NCBI GenBank assembly: GCA_949949035.1
Contig: CATLHJ010000001.1
Location: forward strand, 6,116 to 70,115
From: an uncultured Clostridia bacterium
GTDB lineage: Bacteria; Bacillota; Clostridia; Christensenellales; UBA1242
Reading direction: 5' to 3'
Length of the DNA: 64,000 bases
Of the stretch, positions 32,981 to 42,665 are shown one piece after another (within the stretch, counting starts at the first letter, position 1; each line of letters starts with the position of its first letter). The translations under genes and the position numbers were made by a program. The notes below the pieces were generated by a model. It had not been told where the DNA came from. It worked only from the letters and a program-made list of their open reading frames with translations, and did not search any database.

Positions 32981-35620
32981 TTAACTGATTTTGCCACAAC
33001 ATTGTTTGTATTTTTTGCCACTGCCACACGGGCAAGGGTCGTTGCGACCGACTTTTTTGAAGTTTGCGTTAGCCATGGTTGGGGCAGCGGGTTGGGGTTT
33101 GGCCACGGCTTGGCGTTCAATATGCACCTTGAATAAGAACAACGCGCTCTCATTGCCAATGCTCTCAATCATCTCGTTAAACATGCCGATGGCTTCGCGT
33201 CGGTACTCCGCCAACGGGTCTTTACCACTGTAACTCCGCAAACCAATACCATTACGTAAATTTACCATGGCATCAATATGTTCAACCCACTTCTTATCAA
33301 CTACTGACAACAACACATCGCGTTCAAAAGCGTCAAAATTAAAACCATCGTCGCGCAGTTTTTTTATTTTGGCTGCGTATTGTTCGTTAACCGCGTCTAA
33401 TACCATTTCGTAAACGTCGTTAAAGTTGGCTTTGTTGGTGTTTTCGGCATCCAAGTAGGCGGTATCCGTGCCGAACAATTTCTCGGACAAAATTTTATTG
33501 GCTTTGTCCAAGTCCCATTCGGAGTAGTGCTGACTTTGGTCGATGGCTTGGCTGACTACGCCATAAACCAAGTCGGGGAAAAATTTCAAAATTTGGTCGT
33601 GTACATTCTCGCCGTCAAGAATCTTGTTGCGTTCGCGATAAATCAATTCCCGTTGGTCGTTCAGAACGTTATCGAATTCAAAGGTGGCGCGACGGCTGTC
33701 AAAATAGTAACCTTCCACGCGTTTTTGCACCCGTTCAAATAATTTGGCGATGATCTTACTTTGCACGTCGTCCAGATTCAAGAAACGCATGGTATTGCCA
33801 ATAACGTCTTTCCCGAAACGTTTCATAATTTCGTCATCGCAAGAAATGTAGAAAATGGAACTGCCGGGGTCACCTTGTCGTCCCGCCCGCCCACGTAACT
33901 GGTTATCAATGCGACGACTGTCGTGGCGTTCGGTACCGATAATGTGCAAGCCCCCCAAAGCCAAGACCTGCTCTTTTTCGGCTTCGGTCTGCTTCTTAAA
34001 TTCATTTAAGTAGTCTTTGAACTTTTGACGGTTGGCCAAAATTTGGGGGTCGTCGGTTTCAAAATAAGCGGTGGCGTCGTAAATTTCTTCGGGGGTTAAG
34101 CCGTCTTTCTTTAATTGTTGGGTCGCCAAATGTTCGGGGTTACCGCCCAATAAAATATCCGTGCCGCGTCCGGCCATGTTAGTGGCGATGGTAACACTGC
34201 CCAATCGTCCCGCATCGGCGACAATTTCGGCTTCCTTTTCGTGGTTCTTGGCGTTTAATACGACGTGGGGAATTTTTTTCTTTTTTAGGTATTGGGAAAT
34301 CACTTCGCTGTGCTCAATGGTCGTGGTCCCAATCAACACCGGTTGCTTGCGTTCGTAGCGGTAGAGTACATCTTCGTAAATCGCCGCCAGTTTGTTTTCC
34401 GCATTGGGGAAAATTACGTCGATGGCGTCTTCCCGACGGACGGGGTTATTGGTTGGAATTGCCACTACGTCCACGCCGTAAATCTTTTTGAATTCGTCTT
34501 CTTCGGTTTTGGCGGTACCGGTCATCCCCGATAATTTACGGTACAGTTTGAACAAATTTTGAATGGTGATCGTGGCCACGGTTTTATCTTCGTTTTTAAT
34601 GGGCACGCCTTCTTTGGCTTCAATCGCTTGGTGCAAGCCATCACTGTAACGACGACCCACCATCGCTCGTCCCGTATTTTGGTCAATAATAATAATTTCG
34701 TTTTTTTGGTTAATGATGTAGTTATCATTGATAAAAAACAAGTAGTGTGCCTTTAACGCGTTATCCAAAAAGTGGTTTAATTCCATATTGTTGGCGTCAC
34801 TAATATTCTCGATATGAAACGCCCGTTCGGCCTTGGTAATTCCGCTTTCGGTCAAGCGAACGGCCCGTTCTTTCAGGTCGACTTCGTAATCGTCTTTGGT
34901 TAAGGTGCAGACAAATTTGTCAGCGACCTTGTATAATTCACTGTTGTCTTTGGTGGGAGCCGACATAATTAACGGGGTACGGCTTTCGTCAATTAAGATA
35001 CTGTCAATCTCGTCGATGATCGCGAAGTTAAGTCCGCGTAAAACCCGTTGTTCTTTATGGTGCGCAACGTTATCCCGCAGGTAATCGAAACCAACTTCGC
35101 TGCTGGTGACGTAAGTAATGTCTTGCGCGTAGGCGTCTTTTTTGGTGCCGGCGGGGGCGTGCGATAAACTTAAACCCACGGTTAAACCCAAGAAACGGTG
35201 AACTTTACCCATCCATTCGCTGTTACGTTTGGCCAAATATTCGTTGACTTCAATAATATGGACACCCTTGCCCGATAAGGCGTTCAGGTACGCCGGCATG
35301 GTGGATACCAAAGTTTTACCTTCGCCCGTTTTCATTTCGGCAATCCGTCCTTGATGTAACGCAATCGCACCCAATACTTGCACATAATACGCTTTCTGTC
35401 CCAACACACGGTAAGCGGCTTCCCGCACGGTGGCAAAGGCTTCGGGTAACAGGTCATCCAAAGTTTCGCCATCCACCAAACGTTGTTTGAACTCGGCGGT
35501 CTTCGCCACTAACTGTTGGTCAGTCAGGGCGGCGTAGTCTTCTTCTAACGCCATCACCATGTCGGCAATGCGTTGTAGTTTTTTTAAGGAGCGTGTGTTA
35601 TCACTGGCAAATAAACCCAT
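32981..35620 (-). CDS. secA: preprotein translocase ATPase SecA
   Basis: 879 aa from ATG 35620 (MGLFASDNTRSLKKLQRIAD...). It has motor motifs (MKTGEGKTLV, DEIDSILIDE, TNMAGRGTDI) and a C-terminal zinc motif CPCGSGKKYKQCCG. Confidence 0.95.
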   Translation of the reverse strand: MGLFASDNTRSLKKLQRIADMVMALEEDYAALTDQQLVAKTAEFKQRLVDGETLDDLLPEAFATVREAAYRVLGQKAYYVQVLGAIALHQGRIAEMKTGEGKTLVSTMPAYLNALSGKGVHIIEVNEYLAKRNSEWMGKVHRFLGLTVGLSLSHAPAGTKKDAYAQDITYVTSSEVGFDYLRDNVAHHKEQRVLRGLNFAIIDEIDSILIDESRTPLIMSAPTKDNSELYKVADKFVCTLTKDDYEVDLKERAVRLTESGITKAERAFHIENISDANNMELNHFLDNALKAHYLFFINDNYIINQKNEIIIIDQNTGRAMVGRRYSDGLHQAIEAKEGVPIKNEDKTVATITIQNLFKLYRKLSGMTGTAKTEEDEFKKIYGVDVVAIPTNNPVRREDAIDVIFPNAENKLAAIYEDVLYRYERKQPVLIGTTTIEHSEVISQYLKKKKIPHVVLNAKNHEKEAEIVADAGRLGSVTIATNMAGRGTDILLGGNPEHLATQQLKKDGLTPEEIYDATAYFETDDPQILANRQKFKDYLNEFKKQTEAEKEQVLALGGLHIIGTERHDSRRIDNQLRGRAGRQGDPGSSIFYISCDDEIMKRFGKDVIGNTMRFLNLDDVQSKIIAKLFERVQKRVEGYYFDSRRATFEFDNVLNDQRELIYRERNKILDGENVHDQILKFFPDLVYGVVSQAIDQSQHYSEWDLDKANKILSEKLFGTDTAYLDAENTNKANFNDVYEMVLDAVNEQYAAKIKKLRDDGFNFDAFERDVLLSVVDKKWVEHIDAMVNLRNGIGLRSYSGKDPLAEYRREAIGMFNEMIESIGNESALFLFKVHIERQAVAKPQPAAPTMANANFKKVGRNDPCPCGSGKKYKQCCGKIS

Positions 35621-35626
35621 AATCAC

Positions 35627-35655
35627 ATTATATACAAGATTACGGTAAAGAACAA
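35627..35655 (-). promoter_or_regulatory. putative secA promoter, leaderless geometry
   Basis: Minus strand: TTGTTC (35655..35650), 17 nt, TATAAT (35632..35627), 6 nt, ATG 35620. Confidence 0.5.
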
Positions 35656-35676
35656 TAAATATCTTGGGACGGGGTA

Positions 35677-35706
35677 TTGACTTTGGGTTGAGCAATTAGT
35701 TATAAT
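35677..35706 (+). promoter_or_regulatory. near-consensus sigma-70-type promoter with a conventional leader (orphan gene at 35730)
   Basis: TTGACT (35677-35682), 18 nt, TATAAT (35701-35706). A 23-nt leader carries SD AAGGAG (35719-35724), which ends 5 nt before the ATG. Confidence 0.6.
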
Positions 35707-35729
35707 GTCCCTTACAATAAGGAGAAAAT

Positions 35730-36635
35730 ATGACTAATTACGATGATAATTTGATCGCGAGTACTACTATCTTAACCATCCCCGCTTATGGCGATGTCGC
35801 TGGTTTGTCTTTGCCCGCTACGGATTACGCGGCGGATAACGGGATTGGGGGACACTACACCACCACAATCTACGACGCACAGGGTAACCCACACCAGCAC
35901 CTGTGCGCGGCTTGTTGGATCAATGGTGCGAACAGCGGTTATTTGGGAGCTGATATTTACCGCGGAACGCAACATGGTGCCGATTGGATGTATTGTTATC
36001 CCGAAAACCGAATGATTGGGGCGGCGTTTAGTTTGGCGCAAAACGCCACGGGTAAATTACAAGCCCGTACCACGGCTACGGGGGAGCGGTTCTTAACTAA
36101 TGAAGGACGGCCAGTTTTTTATCCGCAAACACGAGTAACCCCGCAATTAAAGGCTACTTTAACCGCAATGCGGCAGAAAGGTGGTTTTGAAAACTTGGTT
36201 TTGGCGGGTGCTTATCACCGTCCCGAACATTGTAATGCTCATGAACCGACCATGAAAACCGAGATCGATATGTGTTATGCTTACCAAGGTAACTGCTATG
36301 TTAACGTCCGTGACGAGCAACGTGATGACTGGTATTTAGTGGAACCAGTGCACTTAATTGCTAACGAAGTGACTAAACAATTAGTAACCAGTAACTTATT
36401 GATGAATGCTCCTTTGGCCAACGCGCGATACTTCGCAGAGATGGTGAAGAATGGTACTTTTGACGTGCAACGCACGGCACTGGGACATTACTTTAACCAT
36501 GTGCTGGCTAACGATTTACTGTTAAGTGCTAATTTAGCACAATACATGAAATTAACCCATACGAGTGTTGCGTTTGCGACCAGTGATCTGAAAAAAGAGC
36601 CCGTTGCGAACTGCGACCGACAAAATACGCTTTAA
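35730..36635 (+). CDS. hypothetical cytoplasmic protein (301 aa), no recognisable domain
   Basis: Intact ORF with strong promoter and SD. It has no signal peptide or TM. Scattered Cys/His clusters occur (HLCAACW, EHCNAHE, DMCYAYQGNCY). Confidence 0.5.
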   Translation: MTNYDDNLIASTTILTIPAYGDVAGLSLPATDYAADNGIGGHYTTTIYDAQGNPHQHLCAACWINGANSGYLGADIYRGTQHGADWMYCYPENRMIGAAFSLAQNATGKLQARTTATGERFLTNEGRPVFYPQTRVTPQLKATLTAMRQKGGFENLVLAGAYHRPEHCNAHEPTMKTEIDMCYAYQGNCYVNVRDEQRDDWYLVEPVHLIANEVTKQLVTSNLLMNAPLANARYFAEMVKNGTFDVQRTALGHYFNHVLANDLLLSANLAQYMKLTHTSVAFATSDLKKEPVANCDRQNTL

Positions 36636-36686
36636 TGCGACGACAATCGCCACGACGACAGCCAAATTTTTTGTCAAAATAACTTG

Positions 36687-38972
36687 ATGAAAAAAACATT
36701 GCTGTCGTTTTTCGTCTGTATTCTAATGGCGATGTTGGCTTACGCTAATTTGGCCGACGGCATTAGACCGTTTGCGGTAGCGTTTCTTTTCGCTTTGTCG
36801 GCGGCGCCAATTTGGCAACTGATGCCGGTGGGGGCATTGGTATTAGTTGAACTATGGCGTTGTCCGCAACAATTAAATATGTTGGGCACCTTGTGGGCGT
36901 GTGCTTTATTTTTGGTGGTCGCCACCGTACACCGCTTATGCAAGGGCAAAAAGCGTTGGTTTTACCCGTGCTTATGGTTGGGTTACCTTTTGGCCGAAGG
37001 GTTTAATGTGTATTTCGCTGGTCACCAATCGGGGCAACTGATTAAAGCGTTAATTGGCCTGATTGCGGGGGTAATTTTTTTAGGCGCGTGTTTAGTCTGC
37101 GTGCGAGCCATCACGCAAAAGCGGTTTATGTTCCCGTGGACGATTGACCAAATTGTTTGCCTGATGACGGTGGTTACGATCGCGGCCTTGGGGTGGTGTG
37201 GTTTTGCTAACCCCTATTTTGATGTGCATAAATTTTTAAGTCTGTTGTTTATTTTGTGGGGCGTGTATTATTTGAATTCCAAGTCGACTGTTTTGTTGGC
37301 AGCGGCGCTAGGTCTGGGGCGCGCCTTTGCTGCCACTGATTTGGTGTACGTGGGAATTATGGTGCTACTGTGCAGCGCGGTCGTGATTTTCAAAAGTAAG
37401 CACCGTGTGTTTAGTATAGTGGCGTTAATTTTAACGGATTTGGTGATTGGTATCTACTTTAACGCGTACGGTTACTATAACTGGTGGAGTTTGTTGCCTT
37501 TGGCGGCGGCCATTGCGGTATTTCTTTGTATTCCGCCCGCGGTGGCGCGTTATTTCACTTTCGGTAGTAACGGATTAGGTGGCTTTTTGGTGTCGAAAAA
37601 CACCATTAACCGCAATACGGCCGGCATCGCCATTCGCATGCGTTCCTTGGCGGCGGTGTTTAACGAAATGCAAAACACTTACCGCAGTTTGACGCGAGAA
37701 GCCTTACCACCGCAAGCCACGGCGACGTTACTGTGCACCGAGATCACAACCAATGTTTGTGGTAACTGTCCGCACAAGGGGCTTTGTCGTAAAACGACGA
37801 ACGCTACGCGTGACGTGGAAGAAGGTATTACTACTTTGGCGCGCACAGGTTTACAACACGGCACCGTAGGTTTGTTAGATGTACCTAACACTTTGGCGAT
37901 TAAGTGCACGCGGTTAAACACTTTGGTCGGGGCGATGAATAAATTGGTGGCAAATAATCAAAGTAAAGAACAGGTTCTGGCGGGGTTGGACAGTGGTAAA
38001 ATTTTGATGGCCAATCTGTTGGCAGGCATCTCGCAATTGTGCAGTAAATTTGCGGGCGACGTGTGTCGCAGTGTGGTTTTCGATAACACACGGGGCGAAT
38101 TGGTCAAGGAAGAACTGCTGTTTCGTAACATTTATGCGGAAGATTGCCTGATCACCAAAACCACCAGTAACGAATATGTTGTGTCAATTTTGGTACCACG
38201 GGCGGATGCCCACAACCAACGTATTGAAAAAGTGGTCAGTCGCGTTTGTGGGCACAAAATGATTGTTGACGAAATTGTGGATGCGGATACCAAAGGTTTT
38301 GCCATTGTGGCGGTACGTTCGGCACCCAAGTTTAACTTACTGTTTGGTACCGCGGGCGTGACCAAGGGTGTTAACCAAACCAGCGGCGACAATTATACCT
38401 TTTTGCGGGTAACCAATGAAAAGACGTTAATGGCGATATGCGACGGCATGGGGGCGGGCGAGCGGGCGGCCAAAGCCAGTACTTTGGCTTTGTCTTTAGT
38501 CGAAAATTTTTATAAGGCGGGTTTCCCCGATGAAATTATCATGCATTCGGTGAACCAGTTATTAACTTTTACGGGGCAAGATGTATTTTCGGCTTTGGAT
38601 ATGTGCGTGTTTGATTTGGCAACGGGGGATACGGACTTTATTAAGGTTGGGGCGGCGGATGGCTTCATCAAACGGACTCGTGAAGTTGAAGTAGTGGAAG
38701 CAGGCTCTTTGCCGTTGGGCATTCTGGACGAAATTGAGCCCAAAATCACTAAGGCTGTGTTGGCGGCGGACGAAATGGTAATTTTAATTAGTGACGGTGT
38801 ATTAGACGCTTTTGGTGGCGAGCGCATTGCTTTGGCCGGTTTTATTAACAACAGTAACGCCAATAACCCGCAACAGTTAGCCGACCAAATTATTAGCGAA
38901 GTCTTAAAACGTTCGGCAAAGTATCCGGCAGACGATTGTACGGTGACGGTGGCGAAACTGACCAAAATGTAA
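36687..38972 (+). CDS. spoIIE: stage II sporulation protein E (membrane PP2C phosphatase)
   Basis: About 761 aa. The N-terminal roughly 300 aa is polytopic membrane domain, followed by a central regulatory region. The C-terminal PP2C domain shows MAICDGMGAGERAAKAS and LISDGVLDAF. ATG 36687 is preferred over the adjacent TTG 36684. Confidence 0.8.
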   Translation: MKKTLLSFFVCILMAMLAYANLADGIRPFAVAFLFALSAAPIWQLMPVGALVLVELWRCPQQLNMLGTLWACALFLVVATVHRLCKGKKRWFYPCLWLGYLLAEGFNVYFAGHQSGQLIKALIGLIAGVIFLGACLVCVRAITQKRFMFPWTIDQIVCLMTVVTIAALGWCGFANPYFDVHKFLSLLFILWGVYYLNSKSTVLLAAALGLGRAFAATDLVYVGIMVLLCSAVVIFKSKHRVFSIVALILTDLVIGIYFNAYGYYNWWSLLPLAAAIAVFLCIPPAVARYFTFGSNGLGGFLVSKNTINRNTAGIAIRMRSLAAVFNEMQNTYRSLTREALPPQATATLLCTEITTNVCGNCPHKGLCRKTTNATRDVEEGITTLARTGLQHGTVGLLDVPNTLAIKCTRLNTLVGAMNKLVANNQSKEQVLAGLDSGKILMANLLAGISQLCSKFAGDVCRSVVFDNTRGELVKEELLFRNIYAEDCLITKTTSNEYVVSILVPRADAHNQRIEKVVSRVCGHKMIVDEIVDADTKGFAIVAVRSAPKFNLLFGTAGVTKGVNQTSGDNYTFLRVTNEKTLMAICDGMGAGERAAKASTLALSLVENFYKAGFPDEIIMHSVNQLLTFTGQDVFSALDMCVFDLATGDTDFIKVGAADGFIKRTREVEVVEAGSLPLGILDEIEPKITKAVLAADEMVILISDGVLDAFGGERIALAGFINNSNANNPQQLADQIISEVLKRSAKYPADDCTVTVAKLTKM

Positions 38973-38992
38973 TTTGCGGAAAACGGGTTTAA

Positions 38993-39001
38993 TGGTATAG
39001 T
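38993..39001 (+). promoter_or_regulatory. extended -10 promoter element for recR, leaderless geometry
   Basis: TGgTATAGT (38993-39001), then 5 nt to ATG 39007. No SD. Confidence 0.45.
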
Positions 39002-39006
39002 GAACT

Positions 39007-39597
39007 ATGCAAGATTTGGACTGTCTTAATGCACTGACCAACTGTTTTACCAAATTGCCGGGGGTGGGCTATAAAACCGCCGAGCGTTATGCTTACCGCG
39101 TGATTGAAATGTCACGTGAGGAAGTGGGGCAGTTCGCCAACGCGTTACTGACGGTCAAAGACCAAGTTAAATTTTGCCGGACGTGCGGTAACTTCACGAC
39201 GGGTGAACAATGCAACCTTTGTACCACGCGCACCGGTGACACCATTTGCGTGGTAGCCCAACCGAAAGAGATTACGGTTATTGAACGCTGCCACGCCTTT
39301 AATGGTACTTACCATGTGTTACACGGGGTGTTGTCACCCTTAAACAAAAAAGGCCCCGAGCAATTAAACATCAAATCGTTAATGACCCGTTTGGCTGGTG
39401 GACAAATTAAGGAAGTAATTTTGGCGTTGTCACCGGATGTAGAAGGGGAAGCCACTGCAAATTACTTGGCGGCCTTGATTAAACCCAGTGGAGTAAAGGT
39501 TTCCCGTTTGGCGACGGGGATTGCGATGGGTGTGGCTTTGGAGTACGCCGATGAATTGACGATTGGCACGGCGTTGCGCAATCGCACCGAGGTGTAA
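39007..39597 (+). CDS. recR: recombination protein RecR
   Basis: 196 aa with an HhH N-terminus (LPGVGYKTAERYAY), a C4 zinc finger (CRTCGNFTTGEQCNLC) and a Toprim domain (ICVVAQPKEITVIE ... EVILALSPDVEGEATA). Confidence 0.93.
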   Translation: MQDLDCLNALTNCFTKLPGVGYKTAERYAYRVIEMSREEVGQFANALLTVKDQVKFCRTCGNFTTGEQCNLCTTRTGDTICVVAQPKEITVIERCHAFNGTYHVLHGVLSPLNKKGPEQLNIKSLMTRLAGGQIKEVILALSPDVEGEATANYLAALIKPSGVKVSRLATGIAMGVALEYADELTIGTALRNRTEV

Positions 39598-39598
39598 A

Positions 39599-40576
39599 GT
39601 GGCCATCGCGGCAAAATTTTTACCCCAATTGTTAACTTACGAAGACGAAGAAGCCAAACGCATTATTCGTAATTTGAAAAAAGTTAAAATCAGTAACGAA
39701 TACAAGTTAGTTGATTTGGGGGTGACCGAGTACGTCAGCATCCCCAAACTGGACCAAAAGGCTTTCCGCTACGTTGAAAAGCACGGCAAACTGTATTTGC
39801 GGGAAAGTGTTTATTCGGTCGGTGGTTTAGTACAAGACAGCGTGCTAATTAACTTGGGTGATTTTACCTTGGGCGATGACGAAACGGGAGCGGGGTTGGC
39901 CTATCTGGCACGGGTCAAAGACGCCAAAGCCAAACAACGTGCTCGTCAATTACGAGAGTGCGAACGCATTGCGTTAAGCACGCTTAACCGCATCAATAAG
40001 CAAGTAAAGAACGCCGAATTGTTGCAAAAATGGCAAGAGGAAGTGAAGGCGGCTAAAATGTTTGTGCGTTTGGGCAAGGAAGATTATTACCAATCCCAAG
40101 TGGCAATGATCGCTAAATTTGCCAAGGAAGACGAAACCTTGGCCAAAATTATCGTGGATTACGATACCAAAATTAACGATAAAAACCAAAAGTGGTTAAC
40201 CCAACCGTTGAACTTGCCGAAAGTGAAAAACGCTGCGGCACGCATTGGTACGGCGTCGCGGGAAGGCATCGGTGAAATTGACCCGCAGCGGCGGGCAGCG
40301 TTTAATGAATACTATACGGAACGTTCCCCGCAAATGTCACCCTACTTGCATCAGGAAGAAACCGAAGTCACGGCGCCGTTGCCGGTGCCACCCATTATCG
40401 TGGACGATAAAAACCATACGGTGGCATCGCCCCTGACGCCCGTCCAACAACAACAAAAACTACACAACGCACAAGTCGCGGCTTCGGTAATGAAGTTGAA
40501 AAATGCTTTCCAAAAGACGGACACTACTGCCACTCCCGCATTAGTAACGACGGACGAAAACGAACGTAGCCAGTAA
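39599..40576 (+). CDS. hypothetical protein (about 325 aa), translationally coupled to recR
   Basis: A GTG at 39599 lies 1 nt after the recR stop, with SD GAGGTG 5 nt upstream. The track's 39563 start would overlap recR. The protein is charged and helical (K/E/Q-rich) with a P/T/Q-rich C-terminus. No recognisable domain. Confidence 0.45.
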   Translation: MAIAAKFLPQLLTYEDEEAKRIIRNLKKVKISNEYKLVDLGVTEYVSIPKLDQKAFRYVEKHGKLYLRESVYSVGGLVQDSVLINLGDFTLGDDETGAGLAYLARVKDAKAKQRARQLRECERIALSTLNRINKQVKNAELLQKWQEEVKAAKMFVRLGKEDYYQSQVAMIAKFAKEDETLAKIIVDYDTKINDKNQKWLTQPLNLPKVKNAAARIGTASREGIGEIDPQRRAAFNEYYTERSPQMSPYLHQEETEVTAPLPVPPIIVDDKNHTVASPLTPVQQQQKLHNAQVAASVMKLKNAFQKTDTTATPALVTTDENERSQ

Positions 40577-41740
40577 ATGAAACTGTGTAACTTCCGTCCG
40601 CTGTGTAGCCTGGCGCTGCTGGCCACACTAACGTGTGTAGCATGTTTTGTTTCGCCGTGGATTACCTTGGCGGTGGGGTTAGGCTTGGGGCTGCTTTTAA
40701 CTTTTGTTAAAACACCCCTTTCGTTTAAGGTGGTGGCTATTGCAATTTATGGCGCAGTGGTGATCAGTTTCTTGTTGCATACCGCTTTTAATCCGGAGCC
40801 CGTTTACCGGACTTATAACCCCAATGCGGGGTTGCGTGGCGTGGTGCTATCTTACGCCAACGGTGTGTTGCACGGTTATTTGTCCGACACTAATGCCGAG
40901 TTGTTGTACTCCATGTTGTTTGGTAATAAGTCAGGCTTGCCGTGGCTGTTACGGCAAGACTTTTCCGTTGCCGGTGTGGCGCATTTGCTGGCGGTTTCGG
41001 GTCTGCACGTGGGGCTGTTGGCCGGAGTTTTGACGTGGCTGTTAAAAATTGTGCACGTACCACGGCGGGCGCGCGTTTATTGTTTGACACCCGTATTGCT
41101 ATTTTACGCGTATTTATGTGGTTGGCAGTACGCGGTCTTACGCGCCATCATCATGTGTTTGGTTTACGAAATTACCCGCCGTCACCAACGGGTGGCGGAT
41201 CCGTTAACCGCTTTAAGTATTGCGGCCGTGATTATTTTAATTTTGTTTCCGTACTCAATACGGTCAGCGTCATTCATGTTGTCGTTTACTTGTGTACTGG
41301 GTATTATCTTGTTTTATCGTGGGTTATTAAAAGTGGTACGCTTCAAGTCATTGGCCATGTATTTGGCGGTAACCATCGGTAGTTTACCAGGTGTAATTTA
41401 TTATTTCGGTTACTTGGCGGTATACGGGATCGTGGCGAACTTGGTAATCTTACCATTGTTGGTTGGCGCGTTTTATGTGGGTATGTTGGCGGTCTGTACC
41501 TACGTTGCGGGCTGCTTGCTTTGGTTGGTCGACCCAATTTTGACTTTGTGCCGTCAAGTGGTCACCCGCCTTAGTTATTTACCCGGTGCGAGGTTAATGG
41601 TCAGTAGTTCGGCACCTGCTATCGTGTTGTATTTGGTGGCTTTGCTATTGCTGTCGCGCTTTATCTTTTTACCCAAGAAAGTGAAGTACCCGTTGGCGGG
41701 GTTGCTGTTCGCTTGTTATTTCTTACTAATTGTGCTTTAA
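40577..41740 (+). CDS. comEC: ComEC/Rec2-family membrane channel, core competence domain only
   Basis: 387 aa polytopic protein with the ComEC core block FSVAGVAHLLAVSGLHVGLLAGVL. It has no N-terminal OB domain and no C-terminal metallo-beta-lactamase domain. It is followed by holA, as in Bacillus. Confidence 0.75.
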   Translation: MKLCNFRPLCSLALLATLTCVACFVSPWITLAVGLGLGLLLTFVKTPLSFKVVAIAIYGAVVISFLLHTAFNPEPVYRTYNPNAGLRGVVLSYANGVLHGYLSDTNAELLYSMLFGNKSGLPWLLRQDFSVAGVAHLLAVSGLHVGLLAGVLTWLLKIVHVPRRARVYCLTPVLLFYAYLCGWQYAVLRAIIMCLVYEITRRHQRVADPLTALSIAAVIILILFPYSIRSASFMLSFTCVLGIILFYRGLLKVVRFKSLAMYLAVTIGSLPGVIYYFGYLAVYGIVANLVILPLLVGAFYVGMLAVCTYVAGCLLWLVDPILTLCRQVVTRLSYLPGARLMVSSSAPAIVLYLVALLLLSRFIFLPKKVKYPLAGLLFACYFLLIVL

Positions 41741-41747
41741 TAGAGTA

Positions 41748-42665
41748 ATGGATTTTGCCCAACTGAAAACCAGTTTGAAAACGAAAATTGAGCCCGCCTA
41801 TTTACTGTATGGTGCCGATTATTTTTTAATCAATAAGGCGGTAGCTTTGGTGCGTCAGGCGTTGCCCAACGTCGCGGTGGACAAATTCGACGCCACGATC
41901 CCCGCCGACGCCGTAATCACCGCTTTGACTACGGTGGGTTTTTTCAGTACGGGGCGGTTAGTAGTGTATACTTTGCCCGAAAAAGGTGACCTGACCGTGG
42001 TGCGCGAGTACTTGCGACATCCGTTGGCGGACAGTGTATTGTTATTGTTGGATTACCGTGAACAGACGACCGTTAAACTGTCGGGGGTAACACTCGTAAA
42101 TTGTAACCCGTTACCTGCGGAAATTTTGCGACCGTTGATTGCCAAGCAAATTGCGCCACACACGATTACGCCCGACGCCGCCCAGTATTTGGTTGACGCG
42201 ACGGGTGGTTACTACGGATTAATTGATAACGAACTGCAAAAATTCTTGGCGTTTTATCCTGACGTGAAAACTTTTACTACCGAACATTTAGCGCCGCACT
42301 TGGCCAAAACCATTGATTACCAAATTTACGAACTGGGTACCGCCATTTTGCAAAAGCAGGTGGACAAGGCTGCCCAAATTTGGGCTTTTTTGCAAAACAG
42401 TAATACGAATGAGTACCTAGTCTTTGGCGGTATCGTGTCGCAATTACGGCGTGCCTATTACGCGACCGCGACCACGGGCGACATCAATGTCGTGGGCAAG
42501 GTGTTAGGTTGCTCCCCTTACGCCATTAAGTATAGCCGTCGCGACTTCGGGTCTGACCCCGTGGGGGCACGCCGTTGCTATCAACATGCCTTAAATTTAG
42601 AGTGGCAAATCAAAACGGGACAGGTTACTGTGCCGCAGGCAGTGGCTTCCTTAATATATCGTTAG
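41748..42665 (+). CDS. holA: DNA polymerase III delta subunit
   Basis: 305 aa from ATG 41748 (MDFAQLKTSLKTKIEPAYLLYGADYFLINKAV). Family-typical N-terminus and synteny with comEC. Confidence 0.75.
   Translation: MDFAQLKTSLKTKIEPAYLLYGADYFLINKAVALVRQALPNVAVDKFDATIPADAVITALTTVGFFSTGRLVVYTLPEKGDLTVVREYLRHPLADSVLLLLDYREQTTVKLSGVTLVNCNPLPAEILRPLIAKQIAPHTITPDAAQYLVDATGGYYGLIDNELQKFLAFYPDVKTFTTEHLAPHLAKTIDYQIYELGTAILQKQVDKAAQIWAFLQNSNTNEYLVFGGIVSQLRRAYYATATTGDINVVGKVLGCSPYAIKYSRRDFGSDPVGARRCYQHALNLEWQIKTGQVTVPQAVASLIYR

Noticed and set aside
32973-33000. 8-bp stem hairpin GTTGTGGC-12 nt-GCCACAAC between the ABC exporter and secA, considered as a bidirectional terminator
   Set aside because: One arm and the loop are secA C-terminal coding sequence and the stop codon. 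There is no clear T-run on the secA side and only a weak one on the plus side, so I did not list it as a feature.
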